Shown here: positions 46,631-57,139 of the stretch, one piece after another | How the letters are laid out: each line of letters opens with the position of its first letter | How positions within the stretch are numbered: position 1 is the first letter of the stretch | Source of the DNA: Acidimicrobiia bacterium | Lineage (GTDB): Bacteria; Actinomycetota; Acidimicrobiia; Spongiisociales; ZC4RG35 | Assembly (NCBI GenBank): GCA_965203555.1 | Contig: CBDBCY010000004.1 | Coordinates: 1,408,001 to 1,472,000, forward strand | DNA length: 64,000 bases | Direction of reading: 5' to 3' | Program-made: the position numbers and the translations under genes | The notes under the pieces: model-generated | What the model was told of the DNA's origin: nothing | Seen by the model: only the letters and a program-made list of their open reading frames with translations | Database searches by the model: none

Positions 46631-48085
46631 TCACAGATAGATCGCCGATTCGACCAGATTGAGGAGAGGCTGGGGAAAGATTCCGAGGATCACCGTGACG
46701 GCGGTGGCCACGCCCAGGGCCCAGAAAGTGGGGCGGTCGAACTCCACCGGGTCGTCGGTGGCGGGAGACTGCATGTACATGGTCACGATCACCCGCAGGT
46801 ACAGATAGATCGCCACCGCCGAGGCGAGCACTGCCACCACCACCAACCACTCGAGGTCTTCTCGCCAGGCTTGGAGGAACACGCCCAGTTTGGCCACGAA
46901 ACCGGTGGTGAGGGGAAGACCCGCCATGCCGAGCAGCGACACCGACAGGACCACCGCCAGAAACGGCGAGCGACGGTACAGGCCCCGATAGTCGGACAGC
47001 GCCGATCCGGAGGAGGCCGCTCCTCCCACCGCCGAGATGACCGAGAATGCCGCCACCAGTTGCACGGTGTAGACCGCCAGATAGAACCAGACCGAGGGCG
47101 ATCCCGGGGCGCCGGACGCCAGCCCTGTCAGAATAAAACCGGCGTGGGCCACCCCTGAGTAGGCCAGCAGGCGACGGATATCGGTCGAGATTATGGCCAT
47201 CACCGCTCCCACCAGCATGGAGAGGGCGGCGATTCCCGCCACCACCAGCGCCCAGTCGGCCCGGAAGGTCCCGAAGCCGGATAAAAGCACCCGGGCCAAG
47301 GCCGCGAATCCTCCCACCTTGGCCACCGCCGCCATGTAGCCCACTATCCCGGCCGGGGCGCCCTGGTAGACATCCGGCGCCCACACGTGGAACGGGGCGG
47401 CCGCCACCTTGAAGCAAAGACCCACCGTGATAAGACCGATCCCGATCAGAAGAACAGCCGGAGAGAGCACCAGGTACCGGGCGAGAAAATCTCCGATGGC
47501 CGTCAGTCCCAGCGAACCGGTCCCCGCAAACACCAGGGCGGCGCCGTAGATGAACACCGCCGAGGCCACCGCCCCCAACAACAGGTATTTGATGGCCGCC
47601 TCGTCCGAGCGAACTCCGTCTCCGGTGATGCCGGCCAGAATGTAGAGAGAGATGGAACCCATCTCCAGCCCCAGAAACATCATCACCAGGTTCTGGGAGG
47701 CGGCCATCAACACGAAGCCGGCCGCTGCCAGGAGCACCAGCGCCAACCCTTCCGCCGCCCGGTTGCCCAACTGGGCAAAGAGGCTGCGCCCGGCCGCCAT
47801 CGCCAGGATGGAGACCACCAGCACCACCAGGCGCGCAAAGGCCGCCGCCGGGTCGAAGACCAGCATCCCTCCGAATGCCAACTCCCCTCCAGGTTCGGTG
47901 ACCATCCACTGCCAGATTCCCAAAGCAAGGGCCGCCACCACGATCGCCATTCCGGATCTCCACAGGACCCCGACACCCGGCTTCATCTGGACGTCCAGCA
48001 AAAGCAAAAACACCGCCCCCAGCACCATTACCAACTCGGGGGCCAGGCCGGCCCAGGCGATATCGGGGAAGGCGCCCGGACTCAC
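46631..48085 (-). CDS. nuoN: NADH-quinone oxidoreductase subunit N
   Basis: FLGLEMGSISLYIL, EAAIKYLLLG, FKVAAAPFHVWAPDVYQGAP, RLLAYS. Confidence 0.93.
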   Translation of the reverse strand: MSPGAFPDIAWAGLAPELVMVLGAVFLLLLDVQMKPGVGVLWRSGMAIVVAALALGIWQWMVTEPGGELAFGGMLVFDPAAAFARLVVLVVSILAMAAGRSLFAQLGNRAAEGLALVLLAAAGFVLMAASQNLVMMFLGLEMGSISLYILAGITGDGVRSDEAAIKYLLLGAVASAVFIYGAALVFAGTGSLGLTAIGDFLARYLVLSPAVLLIGIGLITVGLCFKVAAAPFHVWAPDVYQGAPAGIVGYMAAVAKVGGFAALARVLLSGFGTFRADWALVVAGIAALSMLVGAVMAIISTDIRRLLAYSGVAHAGFILTGLASGAPGSPSVWFYLAVYTVQLVAAFSVISAVGGAASSGSALSDYRGLYRRSPFLAVVLSVSLLGMAGLPLTTGFVAKLGVFLQAWREDLEWLVVVAVLASAVAIYLYLRVIVTMYMQSPATDDPVEFDRPTFWALGVATAVTVILGIFPQPLLNLVESAIYL

Positions 48086-49629
48086 TGTTCATCCTCCCCG
48101 GATGCCGAGGCGAACACATCCGCCAGCCGGCCGGGAGAAGGCGCCTGGTAATCGGTGGTCTGCTCGATACGATCCAAAATGGCCTCGACGGAGGGGGCGG
48201 TCCGGTCCAAGAGGATCCCCGGATACAGTCCCAACAGCACCACCAGAACCGCCAGCGGCGCCAGAATCGCCGTCTCCTTGGGAGACAGATCCACCAATCT
48301 TCGGTTGGCCACTCCGGTCAGAGGTCCGGTGAACACCCGCTGATAGGCCCACAACATGTAGATGGCGGCCAGCACCACCCCGAAGGCAGCCACCACCGCA
48401 AAGGCGGGCAGGGAGGGGAAACTGCCCACCAGCACCAGGAATTCCCCGACGAACCCATTCAAACCCGGCAGGCCGATGGAAGCAAAAGCCATGAACAGGA
48501 AGAACCCGGCCATCAGGGGCACCCGACTGGCCAGACCCCCGAAGTCAGCGATCTTCTTGGTGTGTCGGCGATCGTACAGCATCCCCACCAGCAGGAACAG
48601 CGCGCCGGTGGTGAGACCGTGGTTGACGTTCTGGATCACCGCTCCCTGCAGGCCGGCGGAGGTGAGAGCGAAAATGCCGAGCACCACAAAACCGAGGTGG
48701 CTCACCGAGGAATAAGCCACCAGTTTCTTCAAATCGGGTTGGACGATCGCCACCACCGCTCCGTAGATGATCCCCACCACCGCCAGAACAGCCAGAACGG
48801 GGACCAGGGAAACAGTGGCCTCGGGAAACAGGGTGAGATTGAAACGCAGCAGCCCGTAGGTGCCGAGTTTCAGCAACACCCCGGCCAGCAGCACCGACCC
48901 GGCCGTGGGGGCTTCCACGTGGGCGTCGGGCAGCCAGGTGTGGAAAGGAAACAACGGCACTTTGATGGCAAAAGCCAGGGCAAAGGCGCCGAACAGCCAC
49001 ATCTGGGCAGTCGGAGAGATTTGCAGGTTGAGCAGAGCAAGATAGTCAAAGCTGAACGCCCCGTCCAGGCTCTGGGACGCGTGCATGACCGCCAAGGCGA
49101 TGATCGCCGCCAACAGCAATGCCGAACCGAAGGCGGTGTAGATGAAGAACTTCACCGCCGCATAAACCCGACGTTCCCCGCCCCAGATCCCGATGATCAG
49201 GTACATCGGGACCAGGATCACCTCGAAGAACACGAAAAACAGCACCAGGTCCAGCGCCAGGAAGGTCCCGATCAGACCGGTCTCCAGGACCAGCATGGCC
49301 ATCACGAACGCCTTCCGGCGGTGGGTGATGGAGTCGGAGGCGGCCAGGCTCAGCGGGAACAACAGGGTGGTGAGCGCCACCAATCCCAGCGAGATCCCGT
49401 CCACGCCCAGGTGCCAGGAGATCCCCCACGGTTCCCACCAGACCATCCTCTCCACCATCTGGAAGGAAGCCTCTCCCTTCTCGAATGAGAAGAACACCGC
49501 CCCGGCCACGCCCAGCGGGGCCACCGACACAGCCATGCCCAGCGGCAGTTGAAGTTCACGGCGCCGGGCCGGGACAAGGGCGATGACCACCGCTCCCAAG
49601 AGAGGAGTCAGTACCAGGAGAGTCAGCAT
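48082..49629 (-). CDS. nuoM: NADH-quinone oxidoreductase subunit M
   Basis: LGVDGIS, FFVFFE..LVPMY, KVPLFPFHTWLPDAHVEAP, LLKLGTYG, GLPGLNGFVGE. Confidence 0.95.
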   Translation of the reverse strand: MLTLLVLTPLLGAVVIALVPARRRELQLPLGMAVSVAPLGVAGAVFFSFEKGEASFQMVERMVWWEPWGISWHLGVDGISLGLVALTTLLFPLSLAASDSITHRRKAFVMAMLVLETGLIGTFLALDLVLFFVFFEVILVPMYLIIGIWGGERRVYAAVKFFIYTAFGSALLLAAIIALAVMHASQSLDGAFSFDYLALLNLQISPTAQMWLFGAFALAFAIKVPLFPFHTWLPDAHVEAPTAGSVLLAGVLLKLGTYGLLRFNLTLFPEATVSLVPVLAVLAVVGIIYGAVVAIVQPDLKKLVAYSSVSHLGFVVLGIFALTSAGLQGAVIQNVNHGLTTGALFLLVGMLYDRRHTKKIADFGGLASRVPLMAGFFLFMAFASIGLPGLNGFVGEFLVLVGSFPSLPAFAVVAAFGVVLAAIYMLWAYQRVFTGPLTGVANRRLVDLSPKETAILAPLAVLVVLLGLYPGILLDRTAPSVEAILDRIEQTTDYQAPSPGRLADVFASASGEDEQ

Positions 49630-49639
49630 CTGAAAGCCC

Positions 49640-51541
49640 TCACGCCACGCCCCTCACCAGTATCCAGATCAAGAACGCCACCATGCCCAACCCGAACCAA
49701 AGCCCGTACTGACGAATGAGCCCACTCTGCGCCGGGCGGATCAGGCGCCCGGTGGCCTGCACCAGCCATGCCACACCGTTCACGGCGCCGTCCACCACCT
49801 TCATATCCACCCCGAAGGCGGCGTGTTCGGCGAGTCGCCGACCGGGACCTACCAGCATCGTCCCGTACGCATCATCCACCCGGTAGGCGTTCTCCCACCA
49901 TCCCCACACCTTTCCGAATCCCGACTGGAACCGGCGCCATCCGGCGGCGGGACGATGGTACGCGAAGAAGGCCATCGCCGCTCCCACCACCCCGGCGCCG
50001 ACCGCCAGGGCCGCCAGGATCAGCACCAACCCCACCCCTTCGGGAGGATGCCCGAGATGGACGCCTTCGAATGAAGGTTCCAGAAAGTGCTCCAAACCCA
50101 GCCGGAATGGCGTGTTGATCAACCCTCCGGCCACCGACAGCACTGCCAGGATGACCAGGGGAGCGGTCATCGAACGAGGCGACTCGTGCGGCGTCACGCC
50201 GTCAGGCCAGCGGGGTTTGCCCAGGAACACCATCACGAACTGGCGGAACATGTAGAAGGCGGTGAGCAGTGCGGTTATCAGTCCGACCAGCCACAGGACC
50301 GTGTACCACCCGCCCTGGTTGAAGACCACGCTGAGGATCTCGTCCTTGGACCAGAAACCCGCCAGCGGGGGGAAGCCGGCAATGGCCACCACCCCCACTC
50401 CCATCGTCACGAAAGTAACGGGCATGGCTTTGCGCAGGCCTCCCATCTCCTCCATGTCCTGTCGTCCACCCATGGCGTGAATAACCGACCCGGCGGCCAG
50501 GAACAGAAGGGCCTTGAAGAAGGCGTGGGTCATCAGGTGGAACACGCCGGCCACATAGGCGGTGGCCCCCACCGCCAGGAACATGTAGCCCAACTGGCTG
50601 ATGGTCGAATAGGCCAGGACCCGCTTGATGTCGGACTGGCCGATGGCGATGGTCGCCGCCCAGAGGGCGGTCAGCGCCCCCACCATGGCCACCACCCCCG
50701 ACGCCGCCGGGGCCAGGTCAAAGATCGGCGCCGAGCGGGCTATCACGTAAACCCCCGCCGTGACCATGGTGGCGGCGTGGATCAGAGCCGAGACGGGCGT
50801 GGGGCCCTCCATGGCGTCTGGCAGCCACACGTAGAGAGGTATCTGAGCAGACTTTCCGATGGCGCCGGTGGCCAGCATCAAACCTATAGCCGTGGGCGCC
50901 CAGCCGCTCAACTCCTGTGCGGCCCGGTCGAAAATTCCCGAATAGGACAGAGTCCCGAAAGTGCTGAATATCAGCATCAGGGCTATCAGGAATCCGAAGT
51001 CGCCGATCCGGTTGACCACGAACGCCTTCTTACCCGCCGACGCGGCCGACGGCTTGGTGAACCAAAAAGAGATCAGCAGATAGGAGCAGAGACCCACCAA
51101 TTCCCAGCCCACGAACAACATGGCGTAGTTTCCGGCCAGCACCAAAATGAGCATGGATGCGGTGAAGAGGTTGAGGTAGGTGAAGAAGCGGGCGAAGCGG
51201 GGGTCCCCGTGCATGTATCCCACCGAATAGATGTGAATCACCGAACCCACCCCGGTCACCACCAGGGTCATCAGCGCCGACAACGGGTCCCAGGAAATCT
51301 CGAAGGAAGCCCCCACCGCCGGCATCCACTCCCACAACAGGGACTGGGACGGGTGGCCGTCCCCGGTGAAGAACGGAACGGCGGCGACCCCTGCCACCAC
51401 AAAGGCGGCCAGTGAAGCGGCGACGGCCAGATATCCGGCCCGGGGCTCACCAACCAGCCGACCGGTGAAGTGGAGCAGCAACGCCCCACCGAGCGGGAGG
51501 GCGATTACCAACCACAGCGCCTCGGTGGGAAGCTCCATCAT
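49640..51541 (-). CDS. nuoL: NADH-quinone oxidoreductase subunit L
   Basis: [60 protein letters not shown]. Confidence 0.95.
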   Translation of the reverse strand: MMELPTEALWLVIALPLGGALLLHFTGRLVGEPRAGYLAVAASLAAFVVAGVAAVPFFTGDGHPSQSLLWEWMPAVGASFEISWDPLSALMTLVVTGVGSVIHIYSVGYMHGDPRFARFFTYLNLFTASMLILVLAGNYAMLFVGWELVGLCSYLLISFWFTKPSAASAGKKAFVVNRIGDFGFLIALMLIFSTFGTLSYSGIFDRAAQELSGWAPTAIGLMLATGAIGKSAQIPLYVWLPDAMEGPTPVSALIHAATMVTAGVYVIARSAPIFDLAPAASGVVAMVGALTALWAATIAIGQSDIKRVLAYSTISQLGYMFLAVGATAYVAGVFHLMTHAFFKALLFLAAGSVIHAMGGRQDMEEMGGLRKAMPVTFVTMGVGVVAIAGFPPLAGFWSKDEILSVVFNQGGWYTVLWLVGLITALLTAFYMFRQFVMVFLGKPRWPDGVTPHESPRSMTAPLVILAVLSVAGGLINTPFRLGLEHFLEPSFEGVHLGHPPEGVGLVLILAALAVGAGVVGAAMAFFAYHRPAAGWRRFQSGFGKVWGWWENAYRVDDAYGTMLVGPGRRLAEHAAFGVDMKVVDGAVNGVAWLVQATGRLIRPAQSGLIRQYGLWFGLGMVAFLIWILVRGVA

Positions 51542-51846
51542 CCCCGAAGAGCCGCCAGTTCGTCAACCGAGGCGGTGGCCCGCCTCCGGAAGATGGCCAC
51601 GATGATGGCCAGGCCCACCACCACCTCCGCGGCAGCCACCACCAATACGAAAAAGACCGCCACCTGTCCGTCCAGCACTCCCAACGCCCGGCCGGCCGCC
51701 ACGAAAGTGAGGTTCACCGCGTTGAGCATCAACTCCACGCACATGAACATCACCAGGGCGTTTCGCCTGATCAGGACTCCGGTCATGCCCAGCACGAACA
51801 GCACGGCGGCCAGAGTCATGTACCAGCCGGGAGTGACTTCCAGCAT
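51538..51846 (-). CDS. nuoK: NADH-quinone oxidoreductase subunit K
   Basis: [40 protein letters not shown]. Confidence 0.93.
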   Translation of the reverse strand: MLEVTPGWYMTLAAVLFVLGMTGVLIRRNALVMFMCVELMLNAVNLTFVAAGRALGVLDGQVAVFFVLVVAAAEVVVGLAIIVAIFRRRATASVDELAALRG

Positions 51847-52379
51847 CACTTCTCCGCCGAAGCCTTCCCTGAACGACCGTAAAACGCCAACGCGATCGCC
51901 CCCACCGCGGCGATGGTCAGCAACAGGGCGGTGACCTCGACCCCCAACACCCAGGTTGTGAACAGTTCCCCTCCCAGAGCCTGAACGGTCCCGTTGGGAA
52001 TCGGTACCGATTCCGCGGCGGCCGGCGTCCAGGAGAACCTGCCCCTCCAAACCAGTACCGCAGCCCCCACGGCCACCGACAGGGCGAAGCCGGCCACCAG
52101 TTTCCGCTGCAGCGGGATGGTTTCCGAGGTGTCCTCGGCCCGATCCACACCGATGAACATGATCACGAACAAGAACAAGGTAAGCACCGCCCCGGCGTAG
52201 ACCACCACCTGCACCGCCGCCACCAGGTGAGCGAGGTTCACCACGTAGATCACCGCCAGGGAGACCAGGGCCGCCAGCATCCCCAGAGCGGATCTGACCG
52301 GGTTACGGGCCAGCACCACCGTCAGGCCCCCGGCCAGGGTACCCAAACCCATCAGCACGAAGACGACCAATTCAACCAT
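51846..52379 (-). CDS. nuoJ: NADH-quinone oxidoreductase subunit J
   Basis: [33 protein letters not shown]. Confidence 0.92.
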   Translation of the reverse strand: MVELVVFVLMGLGTLAGGLTVVLARNPVRSALGMLAALVSLAVIYVVNLAHLVAAVQVVVYAGAVLTLFLFVIMFIGVDRAEDTSETIPLQRKLVAGFALSVAVGAAVLVWRGRFSWTPAAAESVPIPNGTVQALGGELFTTWVLGVEVTALLLTIAAVGAIALAFYGRSGKASAEK

Positions 52380-53010
52380 CGGCGGAGTCCCTGGTCTCCT
52401 GGTCCGGCTCCGGCTCCCAGGAAGCGGGGCCGGGCGTCGGCTGCCACATCGTCTCGCCTTCATAGGCCGCCACTCCGCTCGGCGCGGTGGCCCGCAACCA
52501 GCCGTCCGCGGCGTCCAGTTCGGAGAGATCGGCAAAGGGGTCCTCCTGGTAGATGTGCGGCACCGACCCGTCCTCGGTCATCAACAACTCGTCCCTGGTG
52601 TGGATTGCGTCACTTCGGTTGGTGACCGACATCTCGAACAAGTGGGTCATGGTGATGGCCTCGGTGGGACAGGCCTCCACGCACAGGCCGCAAAATATGC
52701 AGCGCAGCATGTTTATCTCGTACACGTATCCGAAACGCTCTCCCGGGCTTTTCGGATCATCAGCAGGATTGTCGGCGCCCCGGACGTAGATGCACCGGGC
52801 GGGGCACGCCCCGGCGCACAACTCGCATCCGATGCACTTCTCCATCCCGTCGGGATAGCGATTGAGTACGTGACGTCCGTGGAACCGCACCGGCTTTTCC
52901 CGCATCTGTTTGGGGTACTGGGTGGTGACGATGCCTTTTCCGAACAGTCCCCGCAGACCGATCGATCCGGTTACCTTGAAGCCTTTCCAAAAGTCGCTAA
53001 AAATCCCCAT
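52372..53010 (-). CDS. nuoI: NADH-quinone oxidoreductase subunit I
   Basis: [17 protein letters not shown] and [12 protein letters not shown] 4Fe-4S motifs. Confidence 0.95.
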   Translation of the reverse strand: MGIFSDFWKGFKVTGSIGLRGLFGKGIVTTQYPKQMREKPVRFHGRHVLNRYPDGMEKCIGCELCAGACPARCIYVRGADNPADDPKSPGERFGYVYEINMLRCIFCGLCVEACPTEAITMTHLFEMSVTNRSDAIHTRDELLMTEDGSVPHIYQEDPFADLSELDAADGWLRATAPSGVAAYEGETMWQPTPGPASWEPEPDQETRDSADG

Positions 53011-53018
53011 TTCTCTCC

Positions 53019-54134
53019 TCACCCGCTAAACGGCAGACCGAAGTGGCGGAACCCGATCACCACCGTGGAAATCACCAGCCACACCATCGACAGCGGAATC
53101 AACCGCTTCCAGCCCAAAGTCATCAACTGGTCGTAGCGCAGCCGGGGAAGGGTGGCTCTTATCCAATAGAAGACCACCACCAGCACATAGCTCTTCACCA
53201 TCAGCCATACCACCGGAAGTATGGCCGAAACCCAACTGGGAACCATCCCCTCCCACACCGGACCGTTCCATCCTCCCAGGAACAGGGTGGCGGCAATGGC
53301 GCACATGGAAAAAATGTTGATGTACTCGGCCAGAAAGAACATCGCAAACCGTATTCCCGAGTACTCGGTGTGAAACCCTCCCACTATCTCCTGCTCGGCC
53401 TCCACCAGGTCGAACGGCGCACGGTTGGTCTCCGCCACCGCCGCTATGAAGAAAATGACGAAGGCCACTGCCTGGGGAAAGATGTTCCAGCGGGGAATGA
53501 AACTCAGCGCCGGATCGAGAAAACCGACGGCGCCCTTCCAAGTGCCTGACTGTCTCTCCACGATCTCGGCCAGGGAAAGCGTCCCGCTGTCGGCCCCCGC
53601 GGCAGTGGCCGAGAACATCACCACGGCCACCATCGCCAGGCCCATGGCGGCCTCGTAGGAGATGGCCTGGGCGGTGGCCCTCACTCCTCCCAGCAACGGA
53701 TACTTGGAACCCGACGACCATCCGGCCAGCACCACCGCGTAAACCGCCATCGACGACATGGCCAGAATGAACAACAGCCCGATATTGAGATCGGCGCCCT
53801 GCAGCGGCACCGACCGGCCCGCAATCTCCAAGCCCGGACCGAGGGGCACCATCATGAAAATCAAAAATGCCGGCACCACCGCCAGGAAGGGGGCCAGCAG
53901 ATAGGCGCCCAGGTCCACTTTGCGGGGGGTTATGTGCTCTTTGAAGAAGAGTTTCAACCCATCCGCCAGCGTTTGCAGGATTCCCCAGGGTCCGGCCCGC
54001 ATCGGGCCCAGGCGATTCTGCATGTCCGCCACCACTTTTCGTTCCATCCAGATATTGACCACGGTCAACAGCAGCAACAGCACGAACACGCCCACCACGC
54101 GGGCGGCTACAAGTAAGAGATCTATCCAGTCCAT
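53019..54134 (-). CDS. nuoH: NADH-quinone oxidoreductase subunit H
   Basis: [58 protein letters not shown]; start ATG 54134. Confidence 0.95.
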   Translation of the reverse strand: MDWIDLLLVAARVVGVFVLLLLLTVVNIWMERKVVADMQNRLGPMRAGPWGILQTLADGLKLFFKEHITPRKVDLGAYLLAPFLAVVPAFLIFMMVPLGPGLEIAGRSVPLQGADLNIGLLFILAMSSMAVYAVVLAGWSSGSKYPLLGGVRATAQAISYEAAMGLAMVAVVMFSATAAGADSGTLSLAEIVERQSGTWKGAVGFLDPALSFIPRWNIFPQAVAFVIFFIAAVAETNRAPFDLVEAEQEIVGGFHTEYSGIRFAMFFLAEYINIFSMCAIAATLFLGGWNGPVWEGMVPSWVSAILPVVWLMVKSYVLVVVFYWIRATLPRLRYDQLMTLGWKRLIPLSMVWLVISTVVIGFRHFGLPFSG

Positions 54135-54322
54135 TGAAGGCTGTTCATCAGGAAAGAGAGCGCGGACACGGCCTAGGTGAGAGATTAGAAATGCCCATCT
54201 GTTTGACAAAAACCTCCCACTGTCGGGACGGCCCGTCCTGCATGTCCTCCGTCCTCACCGATCCACTGCCAATTTGGCCGACCCGAAGATGGCCTCTGAG
54301 CGCCGAAGGCCCTTCATCAAGG

Positions 54323-54337
54323 TTAACATTATGTAAA
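54323..54337. promoter_or_regulatory. Putative operator TTAACA-tt-ATGTAAA upstream of fhs
   Basis: Quasi-palindrome; 13/15 match to the inverted copy upstream of the FDH gene (57074-57088). Confidence 0.5.
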
Positions 54338-54391
54338 CACCCGGCGGTTTCATCCCCGACACCAAACCTCAGACCCCCCAGGAGGCGTCCC

Positions 54392-56158
54392 TTGAATTCG
54401 TCCCCCATCCCCTCCGACCTGGACATCGCCCAAGCCGCCCAGGTACTGCCCATCACCGAAATAGCCGACCGGGTGGGGATCAGAACCCGAGAACTGATCC
54501 CCTACGGGCATGACAAGGCCAAGGTCCATCTCGACATCCTGCAACGGCTTCGCAACCGTCCGAGAGGCCGTTACGTTGACGTGACCGCTATCACTCCGAC
54601 TCCCCTGGGCGAAGGCAAGACCACCACCACCATCGGCCTGACCCAAGGCTTGGGGGCCCGGGGCCGCAACGTCATGGCCTGTATTCGCCAACCCAGCATG
54701 GGCCCCACTTTCGGGATCAAGGGAGGAGCGGCCGGAGGAGGGTACAGCCAGGTTATTCCCATGGAGGAGTTCAACCTTCACCTCACCGGCGACCTGCACG
54801 CCATCGGGGTTGCCCACAACCTGGCGGCCGCCGCTATCGACGCCCGGTGGTATTTCGAGGAGAGGCTCAACGACGAGCAGATGGAGGAACGGGGCCTGCC
54901 GCGCCTGCGGATCGACCCTCACAACATCCTGTGGCGGCGGGTGGTCGACGTCAATGACCGAGCGCTGCGCAACATAGTGCTGGGACTCGGCGGTCGGATC
55001 GACGGGCTGCCCAGAGAAACCGGGTACGACATCACCGTGGCCAGCGAAATCATGGCCATCCTGGCCCTGGTGGACGGGCAGGACTACGCCTCCGCTCTCC
55101 GCAACCTGCGGGAACGCTGCGCAAGGATGGTGTTCGGCTACTCCAAGAGCGGGAATCCGCTCACCCTCGAGGACCTGGGGGTGGCGGGAGCGGTGACCGT
55201 GCTGATGAAGGACGCTCTCCATCCCACCTTGATGCAGACCCTGGAAGGACAGGGCGTCTTCGTCCACGCCGGACCTTTTGCCAATATCGCCCACGGCAAC
55301 TCCTCGGTGCTGGCCGACCGGGTGGCTCTCCAGTTGGCCGACTACACGATCACCGAATCGGGTTTCGGAGCCGACATGGGCATGGAGAAATTCTTCAACA
55401 TCAAGTGCCGCACGTCGGGACTGGCGCCGAACTGCGTGGTGCTGACCACCACCATCCGCGCCCTGAAAGCCCAGGGAGGGGGTCCGCCGGTCAAACCGGG
55501 ACGGCCGCTGCCCAGGGCGTATGTCGAAGAGAACCTCGGACTGCTGGGCGAAGGAGTGGTCAATCTCCAGGCGCATCTGCGCACGATTGAAAAGTTCGGA
55601 GTACCGGCGGTGGTGGCGGTCAACGTGTTTCCCACCGACACCCAGAGGGAGATCGAGTACGTCCAGGCGGCGGCTTCCGAGGCCGGCGCCCACGCTGCGG
55701 CGCCCACCACTCACTGGGCCGACGGAGGCCAGGGCGCGCTGCAAATGGCCGAGGCGGTGGAAGACGCCTGTACGGTGGAGAGCAATTTCCGGCTGCTCTA
55801 TCCGAAGGAATTCTCGCTCAAGGAGAAAATCGAGAGCATCGCCTGCAATGTCTACGGTGCGGCGGACGTTTCCTACACGCCGCTGGCCAATCGCCAACTC
55901 GCCCAGTACGAGAAGGCGGGATTCGGGGAGCTGCCGATCTGCATGGCCAAGACCCACCTTTCCATCAGCCACGACCCCAACCTGAGGGGTGCTCCCCAGG
56001 GATACACTCTCCCCATCCGGGAGGTGCGCGCCTCGGTGGGTGCCGGATTCATCTACCCGCTGGTGGGAGCGGTGCGCACCATGCCGGGCCTGTCATCGAC
56101 GCCCGCCTACCTCAACGTGGATATCGACTCGTCCGGCAAGGTGGTGGGGCTTTTCTGA
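54392..56158 (+). CDS. fhs: Formate--tetrahydrofolate ligase
   Basis: SDLDIAQ, TPTPLGEGKTTT, GIKGGAAGGGYSQ, HAGPFANIAHG, TESGFGADMGMEKF, MAKTHLS, TMPGL; TTG start with AGGAGG. Confidence 0.96.
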   Translation: MNSSPIPSDLDIAQAAQVLPITEIADRVGIRTRELIPYGHDKAKVHLDILQRLRNRPRGRYVDVTAITPTPLGEGKTTTTIGLTQGLGARGRNVMACIRQPSMGPTFGIKGGAAGGGYSQVIPMEEFNLHLTGDLHAIGVAHNLAAAAIDARWYFEERLNDEQMEERGLPRLRIDPHNILWRRVVDVNDRALRNIVLGLGGRIDGLPRETGYDITVASEIMAILALVDGQDYASALRNLRERCARMVFGYSKSGNPLTLEDLGVAGAVTVLMKDALHPTLMQTLEGQGVFVHAGPFANIAHGNSSVLADRVALQLADYTITESGFGADMGMEKFFNIKCRTSGLAPNCVVLTTTIRALKAQGGGPPVKPGRPLPRAYVEENLGLLGEGVVNLQAHLRTIEKFGVPAVVAVNVFPTDTQREIEYVQAAASEAGAHAAAPTTHWADGGQGALQMAEAVEDACTVESNFRLLYPKEFSLKEKIESIACNVYGAADVSYTPLANRQLAQYEKAGFGELPICMAKTHLSISHDPNLRGAPQGYTLPIREVRASVGAGFIYPLVGAVRTMPGLSSTPAYLNVDIDSSGKVVGLF

Positions 56159-56169
56159 ATCTGGCCGCA

Positions 56170-56712
56170 GATCAGCCGTGTGACCTTCCAAACCGATCAG
56201 GGCGTCTCGGAGAACCACAACGAGAACATCGAGCACCTCGGTGTCGTCAATGCCGTGGTCGTAGGCGACCATGCTGATCGCCGCGTCGAACTCGCTGTCA
56301 GGCTGGTACTCCTGGTAGACAAAATCGAAGGCAAGTTTCTGGATCTGGTCGGGTCGCTTAGCGCCGGCCCTGTCCCGCAGAAGCTCGTCCGTGCGTTTCG
56401 CCCAATCCCAGGCTTAAAGTTCGTCGGCTGTCTTCTCGCCGAGTTCCGACAGTCGCAGCGGACTGTCCTTCACAACGGTAAAGACTGGACCCGCCGAAAA
56501 AGCCTACTCATGTCGTGGCGCATCGCCTCCAGTTCGTGGCATATCGCAGCCAGTTCGTGGCATATCGCCTCCAGCAGAGAACTATGGGACTCGAGCCGTC
56601 TGTCCACGCTTTGCGCCCACTTCCCTCCCTTGAATGCCAGCGTTCCGATAGCCTTGGCACCCGCCAGGACGGCCAAGGCCACAGCAAGCAGTTGCCCGGC
56701 ACCGGCAGTCAT
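56170..56712 (-). pseudogene. Disrupted hypothetical membrane-anchored coiled-coil protein gene
   Basis: MTAGAGQLLAVALAVL..., a 21-bp tandem duplication (AICHEL twice), a frameshift near 56480 into TVVKDSPLRLSELGEK..., in-frame TAA at 56414-56416, then ...AYDHGIDDTEVLDVLVVVLRDAL; 3' end approximate. Confidence 0.55.
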
Positions 56713-57073
56713 GACGCTGAGAGGGACAGCGCACTGTGACTCGCCTGATGACCGACGTCGCGGGGACTCCCTCCGCCCTCCTTTCTTTGAACAAGCAGAA
56801 AGATAGCATCGGCGGGTGTGCGCCTCCACCACCTTCCGCAAAGTTCACCGGCTTGTTTTCGACAACAAGGGTTGATCGGGCCGCGACGGTGCGAGCGATG
56901 AAGCCGTCTTCGTCGGCCAAGGCGACCTCCTCAAAATACCGAACCCCCACCCGCCCGACCGTTCCTGCGCCAGGCGCCCCGCCAACCGTCCCCCGCCGCC
57001 GATGCCGGACCTTTTCCGTTCCACCTTGCCCGGGGACAGCCGACCTGCCGACCGCCTTTTGGGCTCAGGCCGC

Positions 57074-57088
57074 TTTACATTGTGTTAA
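57074..57088. promoter_or_regulatory. Putative operator TTTACAT-tg-TGTTAA overlapping a TAAAAT -10-like box upstream of FDH
   Basis: Inverted match to 54323-54337. Confidence 0.5.
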
Positions 57089-57139
57089 AATGCAAGCCAC
57101 GGGACTCATGGCCCGTGGATATTTCAAGGAGAGTCGACT

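Noticed and set aside
56180-56806. 208-aa plus-strand ORF after fhs
   Set aside because: Antisense to the disrupted minus-strand gene, which reads as more protein-like; no SD or motif.
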